This document shows, one piece after another, positions 12,525-24,520 of a stretch of 64,000 nucleotides of DNA; within the stretch, counting starts at the first letter, position 1; every line of letters begins with the position of its first letter. A program made the position numbers and the translations under genes. Where the stretch lies: NCBI RefSeq assembly GCF_037392515.1, contig NC_090280.1, forward strand, positions 54,301,037 through 54,365,036, in the 5' to 3' direction. The notes beneath the pieces were generated by a model that was not told where the DNA came from, did not search any database, and saw only the letters and a program-made list of their open reading frames with translations. The DNA comes from Haliotis asinina (taxonomy: Eukaryota).

Positions 12525-14102
12525 AAGGGAGAAACATACAATTCATTTATTTATTTTACCACGATGTTAAATGTACAAAAGTAATTTTATTTTATTTGGA
12601 AAATCGCTACCAACTCTATGACACGATAAAAAAATGGCATCTGAGTCTCGACTGGATTTAGAATAGTGAAACATAATCTGACAACCTTGAAACTGCAATA
12701 AAAATGGTTCATTATGTTTAAATTGAGTGTTACCTCCAGTAACTAAGATCCTTGACTACAATGTCATTATAGTCCTACAAGGTTTATAAGACTTTGAACT
12801 TTATGATAAATTAATAACATATGTCCCATTATAACACAAAGTGGTCACCCAGCGCCAGAGGCTTTTCAAAGAAATCCAAGGAAAATATTGGTCAAACCTT
12901 TGGATGGTATTTAGAAGAAGAATGCAGACTAGTAGTACAAGATGCATGGATGTCAACTAGTTTACTATGAACAGCACGACATTTCAGAGTGTATGTTTGC
13001 TCCTTTACTACCTGAGAAAGGAGCAAGCATACACGCCAAAACATGTTATGTACAACAATCAGCTGACATCCATATATCTTGCTTTCCATAAAAGATTGGT
13101 CCACTTTAGGTCACTTAATGCTTCCAAAAGGTCACATCTGAAACCATTCAAACCCACAAAACTTAAAGCATTTGGTTGAATATACATTTTGGGCTTTTTA
13201 GCCATGGCAGTCAAGGACAGATAATCTAAAGGGAGCTAACTTGGGATGATCCGATATATTGCAGAATCTGCACCATATCATGATAATAGTGTTGCTAGAT
13301 ACTGTACGAGAATAATATTGCACAGCCCAAATGATGGACAGATGATGTTAGCTTCACTTACAGTGTTCTACCCGCAGAGTGCAACTATAATATTGGATTA
13401 GTTACTTCCCCTTTATATTACATCCTGGCACTGTATATTTACACCTTATTTGTGTTATTTATTTGCCTTGAAAATTTCAATGGAAAAGCTTTAATGTTGT
13501 TAGCGACAAATCTGTTGATATCACATCATCATGGGTGACATAATTCAGGACCAGTCACATGAAAATACATTTTAAATTGATAGTGATAACATGAGAACAT
13601 TATTCAAGTTAGTGTGGCCTCAGAGAATGGGTACCAGCTGGGATTGCATGTTGATGTGACTTGACCGAGCATCATCGACATCATCACACTAGTGGAGACA
13701 ACAGATATTGGGCAATGATAGTGGTGCTAGGGTAGCCTTGTGGTGGAAATTGTCTCATCATGCTCCAGGTTTGGGTTCACTTCCCCAAATGTAGTAGTAT
13801 AGGGAATAGGGCTTCTGGTTCTTTTTTAATACTGGACCCTTGGAGGGACCTGGTCCAGAACCCTCATTCCCTATACTACTAATGTGTTTCAGTTTCATGT
13901 GACCCAATGTGATACGTGGCTGGGTTTTTGTGTATTGTAACAGCACTCTTTTCAGCATAGAATGCATCTTGGAGAGGAAATTGTTCTGAATATTATTAGT
14001 GAAATTTTGGTAAACATGGAAGTATATTGAAACCAGCTTGTCAGTGGAGTTGTATTTTGGTTATTGTTTGCAACTTTCTCACACTTGTTCTTCAATTTTC
14101 AG

Positions 14103-14135
14103 CTGAGAAGATGAGGGAGAATGCAGATAAATTAG
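14103..14135 (+). CDS. RNF34: Candidate 33-nt in-frame micro-exon of the RNF34/RFFL-like gene (AEKMRENADKL)
   Basis: ttcaattttcag|CTGAGAAG...AAATTAG|gtaagt. Phase 1 in and out, so inclusion or skipping both keep the frame. The human linker is of similar length. Confidence 0.45.
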
Positions 14136-14162
14136 GTAAGTATAAAAAGTTTCCTTCAATCC

Positions 14163-14276
14163 CCATGGCTTGTGGTGTAGCCTCATGGGTAAAGCATTGG
14201 CTTCTCATGCTGGAGACCCTGGTTCGATTCCCCACATGGGTGCAATATGTGAAGCAAGGGGAAATTCAGTAAGATC
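14163..14276 (+). mobile_element. SINE family 1 copy (partial)
   Basis: tggtgtagcctcatgggtaaagcattggcttctcatgctggagaccctggttcgattccccacatgggtgcaatatgtgaagc. Confidence 0.65.
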
Positions 14277-14399
14277 AGTGATGTGCTAATGACAGGGAAG
14301 ATGTAAATAGAAAGCCATGTGATCACTACACTCCCTCAGAGTGCGGAAAGAAAAGTAGGGTTCATCCTCAAAAACTCCCACAAAATCCCTGGATGAGGA

Positions 14400-14645
14400 G
14401 AGCGATTTTTGAATGTCTGGGTAGCCTTGTAGTTAAAATTGATTGATTGGTTTGTTGTTTAACGTCACACTCAGCAATATTCCAGATATGTGGCGATGAT
14501 CTGTATATAATCAAGTCTGGACCAGACAGTATAATGATCAACAGCATGAGCATTGATATCCGCAGTTGGGATAGGATGACGTGTCAACCAAGTCAGCGAG
14601 GTTGACCACCTGGTCCTGTTAGTGACCTCATATGACAAGCATGAT
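14400..14645 (-). mobile_element. SINE family 2 copy (antisense relative to the inferred element sense)
   Basis: ttaacgtcacactcagcaatattccag...tctggaccagacagtataatgatcaacagcatgagcattgatatccgcag...caaccaagtcagcgaggttgacc. Confidence 0.65.
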
Positions 14646-14816
14646 AGCTAACGATCTAGGTTCCATTTCCCTCATGGGTAGAATGAACCTATTTCAGGTG
14701 TCTCCTGATATGATATTCCTGGAATATTGCTAAAACCATACTCACTCGCTCGCTCACTCACTCACTCACTCACTCACTCACTCACTCACTCACTCACTCA
14801 ATCACTCACTCATGTT
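14645..14816 (+). mobile_element. SINE family 1 copy (5'-truncated) with a (CTCA)n tail at 14743-14816. The tail ends 15 nt before the acceptor of the last RNF34-like exon
   Basis: ...ggttccatttccctcatgggtagaatgaacc...ctggaatattgctaaaaccatactcactcgctcgctcactcactcactca... Confidence 0.7.
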
Positions 14817-14832
14817 CCTTCTTCCATTTCAG

Positions 14833-15011
14833 CAGGGACAACGGCCAGCTCGGAGCTGGACCTGTGTAAGATATGCATGGACAATACTATTGACTGTGTT
14901 TTGCTGGAATGTGGTCACATGATCACATGCACCTCCTGCGGCAAGCGTCTTGCTGAATGCCCCATGTGCCGACAGTACGTGGTGCGTGTTGTCCACACGT
15001 TCCGGTCATAG
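14833..15011 (+). CDS. RNF34: RNF34/RFFL-like last coding exon: C3HC4 RING finger ([49 protein letters not shown])
   Basis: Acceptor ccatttcag|CAGGG, stop TAG at 15009-15011. Near-identical to the human RNF34/RFFL C-terminus ([49 protein letters not shown]). Confidence 0.85.
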
Positions 15012-16289
15012 CCCTAATGATGGTTCCGGTGACAACCCTCGACATCAGACAGTCATAACTCCTAGACCATCATCAACTATTTTTATAATGTGTGACAAGA
15101 TTTCCTGTCATCACATTGACAAACAAATCTATTTGTATGAACTGAGTCATCAAAGTTTTTGTTATTATGAAGATGCATGGCATTTAAGTATTTTAAAAAT
15201 TTGTATGAGAAAGTATGTTGCTTCTTCAATATTTTGAAAATATATTTATTTTTTGTTTTTGCGAGCCAAGGTATAAATCATTCTTGTCGCCAAACATGCT
15301 CCATCCATTATGTACATATGCTGCAACTAAGTGCAATCTTCATCTTTAGAGCTAAGATGATAGGGTGTCCACAGCACCAAGGTGCCGGGTCGTGCCTAAA
15401 CACTGTGATTGTTAGTTTAGTCCAAGATATATCCTTACAAGGCTTGTAAGTCTTGCAAGGCGCAACTTACACTACCAGGCTGGACCCTTATTCCCGAAAC
15501 GGGCTTAACCCTAAGAATTGTTAACTTTGATCATGTCCAGTTTAAGAATGGGCTTAAGAAGTTTGTAGGGCTACAAAAGTTTCAAGAATAGGTCTGCTGG
15601 TTCACAGCTCCCTTTGCATTCACCAACTTACTTCCGGTACCAGATTTTTAGTGACAATACATTCAAGAACCAGTTCTGGTTCCAAATTACACAACCTCCA
15701 AATGTTACTTTATTAGATGCTTGGCTGCCAAAGCTTTTGACAGTCATAATATTTGCCTATTTGGGGATGGATTGGAAAATTTGTTATTCCTGCAAGGATT
15801 ATCAGTGCCTTACAGACAGCTGACAGTCCTTTTGAAAAGGTATGGAACGTTTGTTATTGGAAGTACCAAGGTCTCTCGAAGTACTCTGACCTACTTCTGG
15901 CCCTATCGTTTACCAGGTCTGTCTACAGCAGTTGTCAGGCCTTCCTGATGTGTGCTAGTGCTGTTTAACAGAAATATCGTTGAAATTAATGCTGAACTCA
16001 GCCCAAGGTGTATATTGTGTACAATGTATCCGAGAGCCTACATATTCAAGTTTAGATGTCTGAAGTTACCAATGCTTAGAAATGTGTTCTTGGGAAAATT
16101 AGAAATTTTTAGATTTTGAAAACCACACATAATTGTTGTTGCAATATTTAGATGTACACAAAAACTTATGCAGCAGATAACTAGCTATTTTGCATAAAAC
16201 CTAGATACGCAAAAAGAACAGCTCAACTGGATATTAAATGGCGTGTTTCAGAAAGTGAAATGGTGGTGTATTTATGTAACGCTGCGTCA

Positions 16290-17140
16290 GACTTATAGTT
16301 TAGGGGTACTACTACAGATGGGTCAGTTACCTGAGATGAGATATGACTGACTGGGGTGCTACAAGAGATGGAGTGTTACTGACGATAGGGTTATTGCTGA
16401 AGATGGTGGTGTTACTGGATAATGCAGAGCACAGGGGTGCTACAAGAGATGAAGTTTTACTGAAGATAAAGGTATTACTGAAGATGGGGACTTGTTACTG
16501 GGTGTAGGGGTGTAATGAGAGACAGGGTGTTCCTGGAGATAGGAGTTCAAGAGATGGAGTGTTACAGGGTGTAGGGGTGTTATCAGAGACAGGGTGTTAC
16601 AGTATGTTCTAAGAGATAGGGTGTTACTAGGCATGGGGGTGTTATCAGAGACAGGGTGTTACTGGAGATAGGGAGTTCTACGAGATGGGGTGTTACAGGG
16701 AATAAGGGTGTTATGAGAGACTGGGTGTTCCTGGAGATAGGGAGTTCTAGGACATACGGTAGGGTGTTACAGGGCATAGGGGTGTTATCAGAGACAGGGT
16801 ATTCTTGGAGACGGGGAGTTCTAAGAGTTGGGGTGTTACAGGGCGTAGGGTTGTTATGAGAAACATGTGTTAATGAAGATGGGGAGTTACTAGAGATGGG
16901 GAGTTACTAGAGATGGGGAGTTACTAGAGATGGGAAGTTACTAGAGATGGGGAGTTACTAGAGATGGGGAGTTACTAGAGATGGGAAGTTACTAGAGATG
17001 GGGAGTTACTAGAGATGGGGAGTTACTAGAGATGGGGAGTTACTAGAGATGGGGAGTTACTAGAGATGGGAAGTTACTAGAGATGGGGAGTTACTAGAGA
17101 TGGGAAGTTACTAGAGATGGGAAGTTACTAGAGATGCTGA
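16290..17140. repeat. Compound minisatellite: degenerate about 60-bp units (gggtgttac.g..ataggg..) at 16290-16870, then about 15 near-perfect copies of a 17-bp unit (atggggagttactagag) at 16876-17140
   Basis: Direct reading. The ORFs at 16440-16859 are artefacts of this array. Confidence 0.9.
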
Positions 17141-20100
17141 AGATGTTTTAAGAGATGGGTGTATTAACACTAGAAAACAGGCTGCTATGGGGCTGTTATC
17201 ACATAACTACCAAATATTGGAACAGCAAATTAATCAAAAGGAATTGTCTAAATCTAAATCAATCCAAATGAATTCTTTTTCTTGAGACTTGCCTAGGCAA
17301 CTGCATGAATTTCTAAATTGCTTCACAGGTGAAAACTGGTTAATATTGTTTACTATGAGTCGATCTAAACAAATATATGCAATATATAAACTTTATTTGT
17401 TTGATTTATCACCTACTACACATCACACATTATTCTGTTGTTTTTAGCCATGCCACTGGTATAGGAACCCATGAAATATATAGTGTTTCATATGTATATG
17501 TGATATTTTGATAGATTTTGATAGATATGTGATAGATTTTGTTGAGTTTATGTTGTCAGTTTGCATGTCCTGGCCGTTAATGAACATGTGAAGGCTCTTA
17601 ATGTTCAGATATTCGACCAAGTTCCCAATCCACTAAATATTTGTAATGTTACAACCTGTTGTAACTCTGTATTTTATCATAGGCTTGCAAATCTCCTACC
17701 CTTACAAATATTTTGTGCATTGGGACCCTGGTCCAGTTGCTCAATCAAGACTATGATGTATAAAACATTGTATTGTATGTGTGGAATCCAAATTCATGGG
17801 TTTCCAAAAATATTCAGATGATATAGTCCTTATCTTTCTTGTTGAGGATGCTGTTCAAAGCATTCCAATTTGAAGAAAACATATTTTTAAGAATTATGCA
17901 AAGTCCTTGTTTGTCCTTTAATAAAATTTAAAGAGAAATATGTTAGAATCAGTTTTGTTTGACGTTCATTGAGAAATAATTAATGATGTTAATGAGCCCT
18001 ATGTTCAGTATTGTAGTTTACTATTAGAGTATGCAAGAGGCCACCTTTAAGTCAAATACAATGGTAGATGTTCTTGATCTTTGTGGTCAGGCTGCTTTGA
18101 AGCAATGAGTTGGACTGACGTAATTTGTGACAATCTACTCGTTCTTGATCTGATAACTTGCTCTATGGTGCTGTTGAAACTATTTTGCTGTTGGACAGTT
18201 TTCATGAACCACAGTTCGAATTATGATGCTCACATTGGCGCCTAATGAGTATGGAAGATGTAAAAGTTTGATCAAGATAAAGCTGCTCAGATTTCAGTGT
18301 TTGTATATGTTCAGATCTCAGAAAGATTTTTTTATACAAGTGATCTACTGTAAGTTAATGTTATGAATGATATTATTGTACAAATCAGTCTGATGTGTCA
18401 ATTACATAACTTTGCAAAGGAACTACTTATTTTGTTTCTTGTTTTTCAGATCCGCCAGTCAGTTTTTTAAGAAAAACAATAAAAATATATGTAAGTTTTC
18501 CCTGCTCAAGGACAAAAATCCTTATGATTTTATTGGACAAAAATGTAGAATTATAAGGAAATTTTTTTTAGATTGTATTTTGCCCCACATACGCTTCATA
18601 AGATGCCAAAAGTAAAATATTTTAGACATTTAGAAGAAATGTTGCTTTGACCGTTTATTTTATTCATATTTTTTCCCTCCTGCCTTTAGGAGGACAAAAA
18701 TCTGTAAAACAAGAAATGAAATTGATTGGGTCAAACCAAAGTTTATCGTACATATTTCGACTGTTATACAGGGCTATTGTAACACTACTTTATGTCTATT
18801 AGTCCATGCTGTATGAAAATTAAGCATGTTCATTATAAACATATTTTACGGTACACCCATGTATAAATTAGGCACCATCATATTTTGAAAATAAGATGTG
18901 ATGCTACAGAAAAGTTAGGGTTTAGTCATCAGTTCAATCAACCTACAGTTGAAGAACCTTTATCCACTGACAGTTTTACAAATACCATAACCTTTTCAAT
19001 CATTTATGAAAGAATATGTTGATGAAAATGTGATGGAAACTGAATTTTACCCAAAACAACTATTCGTCTCCTGCTGAAACTACTCAATAAAATTCAGCTT
19101 TGACCCAAATTATCAACTCGGTGTACAGTCAGATCTCATTTATCCAAACACTTTCATTTTTTATTGTATTTATGGGATAAATTATTCAGATTCTGAATCC
19201 GGACCTAGGCAGTTGGCTACACACAAAACATCTAAAAATAACATTGAAACATAACTACATCTTTATTTAACATAACATGCATAACATAGCGAAGGCTTGC
19301 AAAATTCCTTGATTGATGATTGTTGCTATGGCCGAAAGTCGTTAAAATTGTCTTTGATACAGCATTCGAAATAAGCACTAGCCCAGTAGCCTGATGCTAG
19401 GTGAAACTTCCCAGGGCTAGTTATAATAGAATGACTGTAAAATTTTCAATTGCAAATGGTGCCATGGTCTTGTCTCCACCCCGATTGAGTGACAGAGTGC
19501 ATAGCTGGACTGTCACTGTTTGAATAGTTATAAACCTGAAATTTGTGCTGCATCATCTGGTCCTGACAATCTGTAACGTTCATGTTTACTTTGAAAGAAA
19601 CTTTATGAAAGAAATAATAAGTAACTACTTTTGAGAGTTTAATTTCTTTGTTTAAGTTTGGCTTGTCAATTTTCATTTGGGCTTCAAAAATTTCCTAGCC
19701 CGGTTTACTAGTAATCCTGAAAAATAATTTCATACACTACTTTTATTTTGTCCAAACTAGCTTGGGGATTAGACTTTTCAAACATGTAAATTTCTTTCTT
19801 TTCCTTGGTTGTAATGACAGATGACATTTACACATCAAATAAGCTTTAATTATGCATTTTCAGGAAGAGCCTGAATGTCATAGAGTCACACCTGTTTGCA
19901 ACAATTCAGTCTGCTAACTGACACATTATCACATTAATAAGATTTTGGAATAGATCTTTTATGATTTTGAGTTTATTACAATGAATATATACTTCTTGTG
20001 ATAATAACTGCTCAAAATTACTTTTTTTGTGCAAAGAAGCTTACTGCATTTTAAAATTTTATGTTTTTTCAGTTTAACTGAAACTTTTCCTATAAACTTT

Positions 20101-22629
20101 CATCCATTCACAATAAATAACAAATTTATAGGCCACTTAACAATCAGTAATTACTTTCACTTTTCAAAATAAGGTAACTTGTTTTAGGACGGAAAAACGC
20201 CAGTTTTAAATACAGATAATGATCCTGATTAAAGTACAAGTTAATTTCAATGATGTTTTCATTTTTGATATGTTAAAAGAGTTTAGAATTTATTTCAGGC
20301 AAAATAATTGTTAAAAATACAAAGAGTTGCTTATATATGTACATGTTACCTGAAATTTCTTGAGTGCGTAAATTTTCAATTGTAAAGATATAAACTGATT
20401 ATTTGGTACAGTTGTAGTTAGACAACAATACTGACATTGCAAGTCAAATTTGTCAACACTTTGATGTAAAGAGAATCTCTACTGTCTGTGTGTGTTCATA
20501 TATTTAATATCAAAGGCCTCAAGGATGAGATTCTTTCATCACCTATTTTGTAAACAATAATAAGCAGTGTCTTCAGGAAATGTACGGCTGATATGCGTCA
20601 ATAGCAAAGATATTATTGATGTCATTTGATTGTGATGTCATAGTATATGATGTCATAGTGGTCAGCAAAGCATTTTGATGCAGCTCATTTTATCAATATT
20701 TCCTGTGGAAGATTCATTTCAAAGATGAAAGATCCACCTTATTCAAGACCAAGAACTGAAAAAGAAAGCTGTGATCTTATTGAGGAATTTACATCACTCT
20801 CAGTTTGTTGCCAGTATTAGTAGAATGTTATGTGAATTATCCTTAGCAAAAAGCATAATAGTACTTTTGTATTTTTCAGTCCATTTGTAAACAATGTAGT
20901 TTCCTAATCATATGTTTTTTGCAGTTAGTTTCATTTGTTTCAACGTTTCCTTGTTTCCTGTATTGGATTGTTCGCTTCATTATGTATCCCAGTGTTATGG
21001 ATGATTTAAAGTTAGTAGCTTTAACTCACCAGAATCTTTGCAGGGGTTCCCAGGGTTAGTTTAATGTAGGGCCAAGTAGTTGATTACCTCAGAATGGGTG
21101 GGTTGGGGGTTGGGTTGTGGTGGCAAGGTAGAGTGTTTTCTTTTTTGTTTTTTTCTTGTTTTCTTCAGGTTTTTTCTTGTTTTCTTCAGGGTTTTTTTTT
21201 GTTAATGTGTTTGTTTTTTGTTCGGTTGGGTTTTTTTTACTTTTGGGTTTCTTTCTTTTTAAAAGAACTGAGAATAATAGAAAATGTGATTGGACCCCTC
21301 TCTACATGACAAATTGTCAACCTCAAGAGAAGAGACATAAAACAAAATTGGACCTAATTTAGTATCTTCATGGATATTTGATGTTGTGGGTGCAGTTATT
21401 CCAAACAACTTTAGTGCCAACACTAACACTAACTCTTAAGATATAGGAATTACAGTCACCTTTGTGCTAAGATTGCTTTGCATATTGGCTCCATCTTTAG
21501 TTGGAATCACATTTGTACTGAGACAGACAAACTACTGGCATCTGTGGCTCTGACTACCTTAAGTCTGTGTTAAGGTATTGAATGGTCACCTGAGAGCTAA
21601 GACTACATTTAGTCTATGCTAAAATATTTAATGGTCACCCTAGCACTGAGATTGCTTAATACAGTAGCACTGCGGGCTTTAGTGGGAATCACATTTGTAA
21701 ATTACTGGCATCTGAGGCTTCAAAACATCATTTGTATTCTGACATATAGAGGAATTCTGAACGTTTTCACTGTTCTGGTTACAGTGAAACCCTGAACTTC
21801 CAAAACTTCCGATATGGCTCCAAAATGTAGAGTAGTAGAGGTCATGGATGTTTGGAGAATGAAAATAAAATGTTCGGGTTATCTAGTTGTTTTAGAATGG
21901 TAATACTGAGAAGATAGTCTAACATGGTCTTTGCCTAATGGCTGAATGTTCTGTAAACGGTAATTAAGTACAATTCCATCCATCAGCAGTTATCAAAGCT
22001 GCTGCATCAGCAATTATTTATCTGTGTGTGCAATCATTTGTTTGTGTCTGTTTCTGTTGGTGTGTCTATGTCTTTGTGTGAGAAAGAGTAAGTTTTGCAC
22101 AACATTTTGCAATATTCCGGCCATGACAGGGGATACCTTGTTGGGAATCAAACATTGGTCCTATTTGTGATGAGCCAACACTTTCAACGCATGACCACCC
22201 ACCTCCCATTGTCTGGCGGAAAGAGGTCTTTCACACATAAGCTTCCTTGGCCCAGATTTTCAAAGCTCTCTAAGCGATAAGATAAGTAAATGTTAATGTT
22301 AACTTATGACTACCTTAGTGCTAAGAGAGCTTCGGAAATCTAGGCCTAGGTTGTTTTGACATGGGGAATTTTCTTTTTATTCAGTAGGAAGAATGTTCAA
22401 GGCGATTAACATTTTTAAAGATATGTAAAAGCAGGGATCATCACTTTGGGGATTTATTTTATCACATGCTCATGATCATGTTGAATATCTACAAACTGCT
22501 GTGTTATCGTAGGTACACATGATGGCAGTAGTGACAGTCTGTATTATATGAAAATGTCTAGAAGAATAACTTAAACAGAGGGTTGTACAAGCAGAGTGTA
22601 ATATGGGTTGTTTGTGTACTCTGATCACA

Positions 22630-22770
22630 TTGGTGATCACATGGGTGATAACTGAATGAATATCACAATTACATTCAAGATCACATTGATGTCTCATTGA
22701 AGATCACATTGATGATCCCAGTGATCATGACATTGAGGATCACATCTCAGATTAAAATCGCATTGACGAT
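22630..22770. repeat. Degenerate about 14-bp tandem repeat (gatcacattgatg)n
   Basis: Direct reading. Confidence 0.6.
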
Positions 22771-23683
22771 CTGACAGGTAACTGGATTATATTGAATAAG
22801 GAGATCAATGAAATAGACTGCACAGTGATGCACTCACCGGGTTTTATGATACTGTCTTTCGACCATGCTGACATTTGTATTATTGACTGAAACAATGTTC
22901 ACACTCTTCTGCTACATGAGTGTTAAACCAAACGTGGTGATCCCTGCTTTATTTGTTCACCTGTTATCCTTTCCACAACACCTAATGAAACAAGGCAAGA
23001 TTTGTACTTTCAATCTCATTAGAGATGCCCTTAAACTTAAATGGCATTTCCTTTATAATATTCATAGTCATAATTTTAATTCTATATTTTCAGAGACTAA
23101 GCATTGTCAAGTTCTTTAATACATTGAGATGGTTACACTGTGTTTCTGCATGCAAATAAGTGTAAGTTCTGACTTGCAGAAAGATTGTGATTGCTGGGAT
23201 AAACAAAATGATGGGTTTTCTCTGTACAAAGCTAATGTATCATGTGGATGTATTTTGCAGTGCTGAAGTATTATATTGACCAGATTTATGAATGTATGTT
23301 TTGTAACTGTCACAATAAAATATGTGTTCATCACATGGCAAGAGTAGAAATGTTCTTCAGGAGATGTGTTTGTATACTTTTCAAAATTAGTAGGGGATAT
23401 TTGATTTACAAGATTGACAGAATGCAAATGTTGAAGCCAAGGAGGGTATAAGATGAAGAAAAGTTAAGGAAAAATGTGACAATTTATTCCATTCTTTTTG
23501 AATCTGTATGGATGTATAGTACTTTTGTCATATGCATTGGCAGTGGTTTGTGGTATGCTCCCAAACTGGAATATCCCCTACATTATTTGACTGGTATATT
23601 TTAGTGTTTCCTCAGCTCAGGACAGCTGTCCACAGGGAAATCAGTGCCTGACCAGCCAAGTCACTGTGTGGTCTGTTGTGACC

Positions 23684-24194
23684 CATCCTCGATATCTCCA
23701 GGGTATACGTTCCGATAAGTCTCCACTATACGCTGGACGCGTCTACGGCTCTGCCAGATAAATTTATTACCTCCCTTGACTGTCTTTTGATCCCGTCAGG
23801 TGTCTACGCTGGAAAATTGAGCAAACCAATCACAACTCACTTTCGTTTTTTGAATTATCTAACCGATTATACTTGTCGACAGAAACCATGCAGAGGTTCT
23901 CTGGAAGAGGTCGTAGGCATTCTTGCATGTGTTGTTTTTAAAGTTTCGGACCTGTCAGTTTGTTTGTATGATTTCCCTAAAATCCGGGACGTACTGCGAG
24001 CAAACCTTCGCAGTTCCGACCGCTACCTTTGTTGACACTGGCAAGCTCTGTTATAACGGCGGCCTAGCTGATTGGCTACTGTGAGAAGGCGGAGCCAGCA
24101 AAGGGAGGTAATAAATTTATCGGGCAGAGCCGTAGATGCGTCCAGGGTATAGTGGAGACTTATTGGAACGTATACCCTGGAGATATCGAGGATG
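23684..24194. mobile_element. Non-autonomous DNA transposon, 511 bp, with about 100-bp TIRs and a 9-bp target-site duplication GTTGTGACC (23675-23683 and 24195-24203). Mutator-like (MULE-type) or hAT-type
   Basis: catcctcgatatctccagggtatacgttccgataagtctccactatacgctggacgcgtctacggctctgccagataaatttattacctccc at the left end matches the reverse complement of the right end. Identical gttgtgacc flanks. CpG-rich interior. Confidence 0.6.
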
Positions 24195-24404
24195 GTTGTG
24201 ACCAGAACCAATAACTAGTTACCAAGACTCTGCTCTCAATAATAGGTTCTTTAAAAAAAAGTATGGGGACTTCATTTTTAATTTATGATTAAAAAAATGG
24301 CAGATATATCTGAGTGAATCAATGTTGATATGATAATAATGAATGTTGAGATCTCATTAATGGGAGAGACGTTATCTACACTATACAGGGAATTTCCACT
24401 TCAA

Positions 24405-24520
24405 GTGGATTGATGTTCATGCAGTTAGTCACTGGATTGTTTGATCCAGACTTAATCATTTACCTTCTGCTGCCATATAGCTTGAATATTCTTGAATGTG
24501 GCATGAAATACCAACCGATT
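24405..24520 (+). mobile_element. SINE family 2 fragment
   Basis: cactggattgtttgatccagacttaatcatttacc...ccatatagcttgaatattcttgaatgtggcatgaaa. Confidence 0.5.

Noticed and set aside
23787-24035. 82-aa ORF inside the long-TIR transposon as a possible transposase
   Set aside because: It is far too short, has no DDE or other catalytic motifs that I can recognise, and is initiated by a non-ATG codon in the track. The element is non-autonomous.
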